Source of the DNA: Selaginella moellendorffii
Lineage: Eukaryota; Plantae; Lycopodiophyta
Reading direction: 5' to 3'
Assembly (NCBI RefSeq): GCF_000143415.4
Contig: NW_003314316.1
Coordinates: 750,669-814,668, forward strand
DNA length: 64,000 nucleotides
A program made the translations under genes and the position numbers. Every line of letters starts with the position of its first letter. The first letter of the stretch is position 1. Of the stretch, positions 1 through 10,038 are shown one piece after another. The notes under the pieces were generated by a model. The model saw only the letters and a program-made list of their open reading frames with translations. It was not told the DNA's origin and searched no databases.

Positions 1-206
1 TCTCCAAAAACCCTAACCTTTTGGCGAGTGGCGGTGATCCAGCCGGTGGCGCGTCGATCGATCAGCGGCGGCGGCGCTTCCTTCCCTCAAACCGGCGCTC
101 GAGGCGACGATTGAGCGCAATGCCTACACGCGACGACAAGCATCGAGAGAAAAAGAGGTATAGAATTTAGGAGAACCATTTTGGTTAAACACAACCCCAC
201 GCGCTT

Positions 207-240
207 ACGTGTCGCGTGCCCTAACAACGTGGCACGTGGC
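207..240. promoter_or_regulatory. Cluster of three ABRE/G-box motifs (ACGTGTC, ACGTGGC x2)
   Basis: ACGTGTC at 207-213, ACGTGGC at 227-233 and 234-240; telo-box AAACCCTA near position 8; probably the promoter of a gene running leftwards out of the window. Confidence 0.4.
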
Positions 241-323
241 GTGCCATAATTGGCGGCCGGCCAAAGCCGCCGCCACAGGAATCGAACCCCCACCCTCCAC
301 GAAAACTCTTAACCCGAGTCAGC

Positions 324-2520
324 TTAAATAACCACGGAGTTTGGAATGACCGCGTCTTTTATCACTGTCACGATCCCACAATTGATGAAGAAACCGTCGG
401 TTTCTCTGGCGGCTTCCTGGACACCATCTTTGTTTATGATCTGCAAAAACGACGAGCAAACACAGATTTTTTTCTCTTCCTTGAAACATCAAAGACAACG
501 AGATCTTGCCTGAACGTTTTGTCCAATTCGCGCGTTCTTGTCCACAATTGCTCGCCTCACCACACTGCCTTTGCCGATGCCAACGGGGACCCCTCCTTTT
601 AGTAGAAGAGCGTCTCTTTCCTCGTCAGTCTAGAGAGAAGCATCGTCAGAAGAAAGAAAAACTATAAAGAAAAAAAGATTGCAACACCTCACAGAAGAAC
701 AAACTATAAAGAAAGAAAGATTGACACACCTCATAGAAGTCGGCACCCATGAGCAGTGCGTCTTCCACCAGCGCATCCTCGGCTATCCAGGACCTCAATC
801 CAATCACCGAGTGGTGGATCTTACAGCTCTGCGTCGCGTTCGTTAAAGCTTATCTTCTTTGCCGCATTTGAAAAAACAAACCTTGATGAGGCAGCCTTCG
901 CCGATCACACTGTCAGTCACGTCCGCATCGATGAGTTTCGAGGGAGGTAGAAACCGTGCTTGAGTGTAGATCGGAGCCGATCTATCATAGAAGCTGGAGC
1001 AAGACGAAAGAAAAGTTAGCAGAATGAGCACTCACGACAACAAGCTTCTAGTACCTGAAGTTTGGAACGGGCTTCTTTGTGAATCCTAAGTTGGCATGGT
1101 AAAATGCCTCTATAGTCCCTATGTCTTCCCAGTATCCATCATACAAATACGCTTGCACCTGCAACGAACAGAGTATTGTTTAAGTCACGTTCGTTTCGAT
1201 CCCTTCAGAGCAAAAACAAACCTTCATGCCAAGCTGTGTGGCGCCAGGAATCACTTCACTTCCAAAATCGTTGCAGTTAGGAAATTCATCACGAAGAAGC
1301 CTGCTCATGACATCCTTACTCACCACATAAATACCCATGCTTGCAATGTAAGGCATCTCTTTAGCTCTTTCCGGATCCAGACCAAGAATTGTCGTGTCCA
1401 CCTGCAAGAGCAGCATAGCATTATTGTTTCGATTCTAGTCAGCGAAAACAAACGACAATAAATATACCTCCATAGCCTTGAGAGCACTTCCTTTCGGCTT
1501 CTCAGAAAACTCTGTGATCCGGCCTTCGTCATCAATCTTCATCAAGCCAAAGGCAGTCGCGCGCTTCTCGTCCATAGGCAGTGCAGCCACCGTGATGTCT
1601 GCATCGGTGATCCGGTGAGCTTGAATGAACTTCTGGTAGTCCATGCGATAGAGATGATCTCCAGCCAGAATCAAATACTCCATCACAGGCTGCTCTTCAA
1701 AAAGCCACATATATTGTCTCACAGCATCAGCGGTTCCCTACAAAAACAGCTTCAGCTGGAACTGCGAGAACTTAAAAACTTTGAGAACAATTACCTGAAA
1801 CCAGTTAGGATTCTCGGGACTTTGTTGAGCAGCGAGAACCTCCACGAATCCTTCGTTCTTGTAGTTTCCCATGTTACTGGAATAAGCTCGCGATAAGTGA
1901 CGGTTCAACGATGCCGAGTTGAACTGCGTGAGAACATAGATCTTCCTGATGTTGCTGTTGATGCAGTTGCTCACGGGGATATCGATGAGGCGATAGTTTG
2001 CACCCAGTGGCACCGCTGGCTTTGCCCTCTTTTTCGTGAGTGGATAAAGCCGTGTCCCGGCTCCTCCACCTAGAATGATCCCCAAAACGCTCTAGAAGAA
2101 GAAAACCACTTCAGTGAGAATGGTTTCTAGCATCAGAGAAAAGAATGCATGATCCGGACTTCTACGGCCCTTATCTCCGCTAGATTGCGCATGGCCAAAC
2201 CAAACGAGCAAGAAAAGCAAAGCAAGCTAAAAAAACCCACAATGCAGCAATGCGAAAGAGCAAGCACTCACCACTCCAGCGTCGGGCTTCAAGCAGATCT
2301 CCTCCTCCATGGAATCCGACACCGCCTTCACCACCAAAGCTCCGGGCTGCATCGCCGGCCTCAATGCGGCGGGCAAGGTTCTCGTCAGACCTGAGGTACT
2401 GGCGATTGAGGCCGAGAAACCCAAACAATTCCTCGTCGTCGCCCCCATCGATCTCGATCGCGCGTGGCAGCTCGCCGCCGTAGAGGGCAGCAGTGGAGAT
2501 CTTGCCGAGGCGGTGGCCAT
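324..2520 (-). CDS. APS1: ADP-glucose pyrophosphorylase small subunit, plastid (multi-exon)
   Basis: Exons encode [61 protein letters not shown] and IASMGIYV; C-terminus ..[17 protein letters not shown] (stop 324-326); transit-peptide-like exon from ATG 2520. Confidence 0.96.
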
Positions 2521-2777
2521 AGCTCGCAACCTCCCTCACAAGAAGAAGAAGAGGTCCTTCGCAGTATCCTGCTCGTGTGCTAAAGTGCTCCAAAATGAAG
2601 ACATGTGGTTCATAGAGGAGTATCAGAATATTCCCAACCACCTCATATTCTGTAGCACCAGTCCGTACCGACCACCTGGCAACGTCGCGTCCGTTCGTAC
2701 ACCTGGCCCATTTCTGCCCTAATTTTTCTCCCCGGAAGTGGGAAGAACAGAGCAGCCGCTATGAGGAACAGTGACCG

Positions 2778-4043
2778 ATGGTGAGCGAGGCGATTCCCAG
2801 CGATGGTGAAGAAAGATCGCAGCAAGAAGCGGCGGGCGTGGAAGGGGAGGCGTCCTGCAGCTATAATCTCGTGAAGAAGATGAAGAAGCTGGATCGAGAA
2901 TCCCTGAAAACCCCAATCCCCGGCGGAGAGGAAGAGGAGGACGATGACGATCAATTCATGGATCCAGCATTGTGGGGATGCCTCCCGGAGGATCTCCACG
3001 ACAGAATCCTGGCCCGGCTCCCAATCCCCAGCTTCTTCCGGCTCCGCATCGTCTGCTCGCGCTGGCAATCCCTCCTCTCCTCCCCGACATTCCTGGGGCA
3101 CTGCGCCGCCAAGAATCACCAATCCTGGCTCCTGATGTTCGCGGACGTCCACTACAAGCTCGTCTTCGTCTACATCCCGGACGAAGATCGCTGGCTCCAT
3201 TTCCCCCTCTCCTTCCTCCCCTCCAACATCTACTACATCACCGGCGCCGGCGGATTGCTGTGCTTCCGCCTCGTCGAGGCAAACGGCGCCTCGAGCATGT
3301 GTGTGTGCAATCCAATCACGCGATCCTGGCGCCGCTTGCCGCCGCTGCTGGGAGATTTCTACGCGGGGCTCGTCGGCATGGTCGCCGAGAGCGAGGACCC
3401 GAGAACCCTAAAATCCGGGCGATACCGCATTGTCGTACGGACAAAGCCGCCCGGATCGGACGACTTCGATTTCACCAACCTGCGTACGGAGGTGTACGAT
3501 TCGGCCAGTGGCCACTGGTCAATTAGTGGCGTACCGGAGGACGACCTCACCATGGGCAAGGCGGTGTGTAACGGCGTCCTCTATTTCATGACGTGGGAGG
3601 CGCGAAACGGGGTATATGCTTTCCTTGTGGACCAGGGAATCTGGATCAACATTAACGCGCCGTGGCCCTATTTCTTTACGTGCCCCCATTTGGTGGAATG
3701 CGCGGGCGCGCTCTTCATGGTGGGCGGGTTTGGCAAGCAGCACGTTTCCACGGTGGGGATTAGGGTTTGGCAGCTTAGGGCAGAGGCGATGGAGTGGGAG
3801 CTCATCGATTCCATGCCCAGCCGCCTCTTCGACGAGTTTCTCACCAAGCCGGGAGGGATGTACTTCGATTGCGCGGGCAATGGCGGATGCGTCTACTTCA
3901 TCAATTACGAGAAGCCGCCGATGCTCATCGTGTTTGATGTGGTGCGGTGCCTGTGGAGGAAGCTGGGATCGCCAGCGCCCAATGTGTTGCACAAAATGTT
4001 CCTTTGTTTCTCCTTCACGCCCCAGCTCGGCTGCCCGATTTGA
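2778..4043 (+). CDS. F-box/kelch-like repeat protein, intronless, 421 aa
   Basis: F-box motif WGCLPEDLHDRILARLPIPSFFRLRIVCSRW, followed by GGLLC, VCNPITRSWRRLPP and EVYDS motifs typical of plant F-box propeller proteins. Confidence 0.92.
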   Translation: MVSEAIPSDGEERSQQEAAGVEGEASCSYNLVKKMKKLDRESLKTPIPGGEEEEDDDDQFMDPALWGCLPEDLHDRILARLPIPSFFRLRIVCSRWQSLLSSPTFLGHCAAKNHQSWLLMFADVHYKLVFVYIPDEDRWLHFPLSFLPSNIYYITGAGGLLCFRLVEANGASSMCVCNPITRSWRRLPPLLGDFYAGLVGMVAESEDPRTLKSGRYRIVVRTKPPGSDDFDFTNLRTEVYDSASGHWSISGVPEDDLTMGKAVCNGVLYFMTWEARNGVYAFLVDQGIWININAPWPYFFTCPHLVECAGALFMVGGFGKQHVSTVGIRVWQLRAEAMEWELIDSMPSRLFDEFLTKPGGMYFDCAGNGGCVYFINYEKPPMLIVFDVVRCLWRKLGSPAPNVLHKMFLCFSFTPQLGCPI

Positions 4044-4178
4044 TCGGTCCAGTCCGGTCTCGTTTTTTTAAAATGGTGTTTGGCGCCAAAGTTCTCGGGT
4101 GCCCGATATGGCCCATTTTAAGTTGTGGACCACAGCTCTGGCCATCAATCGAGCTTGCGACTTCCCTCTAACAGTATT

Positions 4179-4600
4179 ATGGCAATGGCGTCGATTTCTT
4201 GGGCTACATTATTTCACTCCTCCATTGTTTGTTTCGATTTTCATTGAGCTTTTGTGGTGTAGATTTCTGCCTTTCGCTTTGAAGATGGAACTCTCGTGAA
4301 TCTACGCGACTTTAAGTACAAGCTTTGGTCATTTTTTTCTGCTGACCATACACCAGCTTATACGTAATTTGTTGTTTGTTTGAAAGCCTTTGATTCTTCG
4401 TTCCAGGCCTGTGTCGTATCAGGAATTTAAGAAAGCCGGTGCTGGAGTGATTGGATAGTCAAGAAACTCACACTCTTAGTTTCGACATGGTTTGAGTTTC
4501 TTGACACTCACGGTTGTATTGCAGAAGTTTCGGCAGAAACATGATCTCATATTTGCAAACTTTACAAAGAACTGAAGATCCTGGGCATTTATATGAGAAA
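4179..4600 (+). pseudogene. Decayed tandem duplicate of peroxiredoxin Q
   Basis: Blocks such as GATGGAACTCT..GACTTTAAGTACAAGC and TATCAGGAATTTAAGAAAGCCGGTGCTG match 4751-5350 in the same order, with many deletions; introns partly retained. Confidence 0.85.
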
Positions 4601-4750
4601 CTTCAATATTAAACTTATAAAACTTTTTGGGTGTACTTATGTCTGGATAACAAAATAAATTCTAGCATAACCGATTCAAATTTGAAAGATATTTTTGTTT
4701 TTCTCCATGGAATCGAGGTCGAGAAATGACCTTTTGTATTATCCGTGGCT

Positions 4751-5452
4751 ATGGCGTCCTGTGTGAGTCGATTTCTCGGGCTACATTGCGGAGTGGGTTT
4801 CACTCCTCCAGCTCCACGGCAGTTTCGTCCAGTTGCCAAGGTATGGATTATGATTGTTTAGATTTTCATTGTCTTTGCGGTGTAGATCTCCGTGGGACAA
4901 CGAATGCCTCCTTTCACTTTGAGGGACCAGGATGGAACTCTGGTGAATCTACTCGATTTTAAGTACAAGCCTCTGGTCATTTTTTTCTACCCGGCTGACA
5001 ACACACCGGCTTGTACGAGAGAGGTAGAAAGAAAAAGCTTTTCTCTTTGTTTGAAAGCTGTTGGTTCTTCGTTTCCAGGCTTGCGCCTTTCGAGACTCAT
5101 ATCAGGAATTTAAGAAAGCCGGTGCTGAAGTGATTGGCATAAGCGCAGACGGTCAAGAAACTCACAAGGTTTGGGACTTTCTGAGCAAACTTTGTCTAGA
5201 CTTCTTTGACACTCACGGTTGTATAGATCGCAGGAGTTTCGCCAAAAACATCATCTCCCATTCACGCTGCTCTGCGATTCCAGTGACAAACTTCGCAAGG
5301 AGCTGGAGATCCCGGGAGAGTTCTTCGGTGCATTGCCAGGGAGAGAAACTTACGTCCTCGACAGGAAAGGAATCGTTCGCATGGTTTTCAATGACCAGTA
5401 CGCCGCGGAGCAGCACGTCGAAGAAGCTCTCAAAGCCATTCGCACAATGTAA
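4751..5452 (+). CDS. PRXQ: Peroxiredoxin Q (BCP-type), 4 exons
   Basis: Spliced FFYPADNTPACTRE|ACAFRDSYQEFKKAGAEVIGIS with intact CxxxxC; LPFTLLCD and LPGRETYVLD; GT-AG introns; ATG 4751 is inferred, stop 5450-5452. Confidence 0.92.
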
Positions 5453-5660
5453 GTATACAAACCTTCTCTTGTCTCTGTTAATAACTCCCTTACTGTGGTT
5501 TGTATCTCGCCATGGATTGACAGGACCAAGCGTGGCTTTGGCGGGTGATTGATTATATGATTGCTTTCTAGCATTAAAAACCATATTATTCTACTATGAT
5601 ATAAGAGGCTAGCTCTAGAATTGGTTATGGAAGAAAGAAACGAGTACAATATAAGCTCAG

Positions 5661-6230
5661 CTATGGCTTCTTTTTGTTCTTCTTGTTGCTTGCTACAGTG
5701 CCCTTTTCCTTTTTGTTGACAATGGTCGCGCTAGTCGTGGAGTTTGTGTAGCCCTTTCGCTTGCAGAGCTCCAATCTCAAATCCTCCGAGTGAGCAATGC
5801 TGGCGAGGAAGGGGATGAGCGCAAGGAGCTCCTGGTCTGTGTCGTCCCCACGGTAGAATGGAGTGATTGGCAACGCGTTCTCCTGGTTATACTTGTAAGT
5901 GCTCGGGGTGTCGTCCACCACCACAACCCTGGCCATGTCCCTCCCTAAATCCTTGAGGATCTTGTGATTCACTCCTACCTTGGGGCTCACACATGAGTTT
6001 CCATACAGGATAAACGCAAACCTTCCTTTGTCGATGGCTGTCACCCACTGTTCCGCCAGCTCTTGAGGGCCTGCGGTGAAGAGGACGATCTCGTACAACG
6101 CAGACATCTGGTCCAGGAATTCGTCCAGGCCTGGACGCTGCACTTCGCCATGCACCAAGGTGTGATCCAAATCCAGGACCAGCGTTGCCCGACTGCGATG
6201 CTCCGGACGTTGCTCCTGGAGAAGAGGCAT
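5661..6230 (-). CDS. NIF/FCP1-SCP family HAD phosphatase-like protein, intronless
   Basis: LVLDLDHTLVH (DxDxT), RPGLDEFL, YEIVLFTA, KDLGRDMARVVVVDD, NALPITPF and DQELLALIPFL; first ATG at 6230 (the track start 6257 is TTG). Confidence 0.82.
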   Translation of the reverse strand: MPLLQEQRPEHRSRATLVLDLDHTLVHGEVQRPGLDEFLDQMSALYEIVLFTAGPQELAEQWVTAIDKGRFAFILYGNSCVSPKVGVNHKILKDLGRDMARVVVVDDTPSTYKYNQENALPITPFYRGDDTDQELLALIPFLASIAHSEDLRLELCKRKGYTNSTTSATIVNKKEKGTVASNKKNKKKP

Positions 6231-6606
6231 CGTGTTTGATATCAACCCTAGCCTCAAAACTTAATATACATATTTAAAAGGATAAGGTATTTAAAATAAT
6301 TTCTGGTTTGCTTATGAATATACTTGAATATTTTAGAATAGTTTACTATTTAACGGTAGATTAATTTTGTATTTATAATTTGTAAATTTTTTTAAGCACT
6401 TCCTAGTATATTCTAGTTTATTTTATCTTGTATTTATAAGTTATAAATATGTTTATAGTTATAAGTTTTTTATTAACTAATTTTATTAATAAATAATAAG
6501 TACTATGCAGCAAATTATTCCTAAATTGGTAAAGTGTTTTGTAAACCTAAATGCAATGAAGTTCAAATTTAGAATGCAAAATATAAATATAATTTCTTAA
6601 TCCTAC

Positions 6607-6776
6607 TGTGAAAGTGTACAACTATGATGCCATATACTAATATTAGCATAGTGGGATTTTGGTAGCTGTTGGATTGATTTCAATCCGGACCACTCGCTCT
6701 TATATATAAACTAGGGTTTTTTGGTTAATTGATATGCACATTTTCTATATTCCCTTCTATATTCCAAACACTCACA
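6607..6776 (+). repeat. Gypsy 5' LTR
   Basis: Shares TATACTAATATTAGCATAGTGGGATTTTG and ATATGCACATTTTCT..CACTCACA with 19016-19204. Confidence 0.88.
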
Positions 6777-7026
6777 ATGGTGGAGGTGAGGGGCACCTTT
6801 GATTGTCGAGGGGCACTTTTGATTGTCCTTGAGGAGTGTTTGAATTTAGGATTTTAGTTTATATCTAACTTTTGCATCGTCTAGATCTAACTTTTTTAAT
6901 TTCCTTTCTTTTGTTTTTCCCTTTTAGGATTTTAGTTTAGATTTAGCTTTTTGCATTGTCTAAATCTCCCATTTCCTTCTTGCTTTTTATTGTTTCTCTT
7001 CTTTTGCTCTTTCTTTGTCCATCTTC

Positions 7027-10009
7027 ATGGCAGATCAGCAATCTCCTTGTTTGACTCTAGAATAGTAGTTGGTACAATTGCTTAATGCTATGCATTTGCA
7101 ATTGAACAACCAAACTCAGTTGATAGTGGCGTTCACGGCATGTGGTACAACTTCTTTTGCTCTTGGTACTAATCCTCATGTTCGGCTAGAGTTCTTTCAC
7201 AAGAATCCTAGGGATTATGTGTACCATTGGTTCAATCACTTCACGATGATAGCCATATATCATTCTTGGGATGATACTCGACATTTGCATGAGTTTCCCA
7301 CGTGTCTCCAAGGGATGGCATTGCAATAGTACAATGGTTTGAGTGCAGCCACTCGTGGGGATTGGAGTGTTCTCCCGGACATCTTTAAACGTGCCTTCAG
7401 ATATGCCGACGACTGTGATGATGCCTTCCAACAATTGCATCGTCTTCGCCAAAGGCCATCTGAATAATTTGGCATTCGTTTCCAAAGTCTTTTGCTTCGT
7501 GCGGAGCCAAATATGTCGGAGCGGATGAAGCTAGGAATGTTGTGGCTAGTACTTCATCAAGATCTTGTCAGACTTATGCATGCACTTGCTCCTGCCACCC
7601 TTGACGATGCTCTTCGCTTGGCACAACGTTATGAGACGTCACTTCTTCCACTTCTCGCTGCCCGTTCTTTAGCTCCCCTTCCTATGGGTGATGGTCTTGT
7701 TCCAATGGAGGTTGATGCTGCTACTACTCGAGTCCAAGAACAAGGGCGAGGACGTGGTCATGGCCATGATGTTTGCTGCTGGGCGTGTGATGAAGTTGGT
7801 CATACTTATCGGCACTGTCGGCGTTTTCCAGATTGGCGACCTCCATTTCCTGGGTGGAGGCCTTGGCATCAGCAATGTCCTGTTGGTGCTACTGCAGTGG
7901 AAGGTTTGGACACTGAGATGTATCCAAGAAATGAGGAGTCACACAAGTAACAGAGGGACCTTGTGTGAATAAGTTAGTGACCCCTCCATTTTTCTTTTAG
8001 GAGTATCATCAAGAGGTTCATTCAGCACCGGTTCATCTAGTGTTTACTTTCCAAGCTCATTTTTATAACAAGAGGTCTCATATTATTCTCTCCGTGTTGG
8101 TTGATACAAGTTCGAGTTTATCTTTTATTGCTCGACCTGTTGCCACATGTTGCCGTCTACACTTGCGTTGTGCGGTGGAACTAGTTTTCATTCTTTATGG
8201 CAACAGCCATACACATGCATGTGCACAGGATAAGGTGGACCTAGTTGTGCATGTGGGCGATCTTGAGCTTAAGTTGTAGTCATTATGGGTGGTGCCGAGT
8301 CAAGCTTTTGACCTCATTCTTGGTACGGACTGGTTGTAGCACAATCTTGCCAAATGTGACTTTGAAGCTTCTCCCCCTCGTCTCATACTTCCTTATGTTT
8401 CATCCATTCCTCTCACTTTTGTACCTCTTTGTCCTTCTACTTTTACCTCTGCTTCCATTACTTTAGTTCCCCCACTATTTTCTCCTATGTTTTTGTCTCG
8501 TTCTGCTCTTCCCTTTTCTGATCCTTCTGACAGTCTTTATGTTGCAACGGTTGACCGACTTATGAAGAAGTATTTTGATTTCTTTGAATTTGACCTATCA
8601 TCTGCGGCCAAGATTGCCACACGTCATTTGATTCCAACCGCGGATGCTCATCCAATCAAAGTTTTTATTCATTGTCGATCACCCAAGGAGATTAAGATTT
8701 TATGTGCAAACATCAAGGAGATGTTGGAGAAGGGTGTTATTCGGAAGTTGTGGAGTCCTTGGGCATGTGAACATCATCTTGTGACAAAGCCTAATGAGAG
8801 TATTCGTTTCTACATCGATTATCGTCCGTTAAACGAAGTGACGATCCCAAATGTGTACCCCCTTCCTCACACTGCTGATTTCTTGGATCATCTGGGGCAA
8901 AATCATTGGTTCACCAAGCTAGATCTTGCTTTTGGGTACTAGCAAGTACCGATGGCCGAAAAAGATATTCTTAAGACTGCTTTTTGTATGAGTTCTTGGT
9001 GATGCCGTTTGATTTGAACAATGCTTCAGCAATTTTCCAGCAGATGATGGATGAAGTTCTTTGTGATATGCCAGAGGTGACTACTGACTTTATTGATGAT
9101 GTCTTGATTCACTCAAAGGGGACATGGGAGGAGCACATTTGTGATATGTGTAAAGTGTTAGATTGACTACGGGATGTTGGTTTAAAGCTGAAGCAGTCGA
9201 AATGCGTGTTTTGGTCAAAGGACACAACTTATTTTGGGTACTGTATTTCTTGTGAGGGTTTACGAGTTGATTCTAACAAACTTGTGGCTATTCTAAAGTT
9301 CCCTACTCCGAAGTGTGTGAATGATGTGTAGTGCATCCTGGGCAAGGTGCAGTATCTCAGTCGTTTTATGGATCATCTTTCTAATTGCATTGCATCGTTG
9401 CAAGCATTGTTGAAGTCATCAACGTCATCTTTTATCTAGTCTTCAGATTGTGAGCGGGCGTTTGTGGATCTCAAAAAGCTATTGACGACTCCTTCGGTTT
9501 TGGCATATCCTAACTACACTCAACCTTTTATTTTGCGCATAGATGCTTTTGATATTGGTCTTGGAGGTGTGTTAATGCAAGAAAGCCCGAGTGTGCCTGG
9601 TCAGTGTCATCCCATTGCATATATAAGCCGTACATTACAACCAACAGAGGTGAACTACTCCATGACAGAGAATGAGTGTTTAGCGGCAGTTTGGGGTTTC
9701 GAGAAACTTCATGCATATTTACATGGTCCTCGGACGTTACTTGAAGGTGATCATGCTGCCATTACTTCATTATTGAAGCAGAAGAACCTAGTTGATCGTA
9801 CTGCTCAGTGGGCTTTGAAGCTTCAGATATATAATTTTGATGTTGTTCATCGCTCAGGGAGTTTTATGGTTGATGCTGATGCCCTTTTTCAAGCTCCTCT
9901 TCCTGCTTCACTCTCTTCTCATATTTTTGACAAGCCTATTATTCCAGCATCTGTGGATTTTCTAAACGAGGATTCTATGCCGTCGGTGGTTGCTGTACTT
10001 GACGTTTAG
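7027..10009 (+). pseudogene. Gypsy gag-protease-RT-RNaseH remnants with stops
   Basis: VPMEVD, zinc knuckle CWACDEVGHTYRHC, LVDTSSS, IDYRPLN..YPLP, MPFDLNNA..FIDDVLI, DAFDIGLGGVL, NYSMTENECLA. Confidence 0.9.
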
Positions 10010-10038
10010 TGTCCGCAAGGTGCAGAGCAGGATCTACC

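Noticed and set aside
7-20. Telomere-like AAACCCTA (also ~30398 and ~51139)
   Set aside because: Single copies in 5' leaders are ordinary telo-boxes, not telomeric arrays.
2643-3992. Overlapping antisense and alternate-frame ORFs over the F-box gene
   Set aside because: Shadow ORFs of a GC-rich CDS with no motifs.
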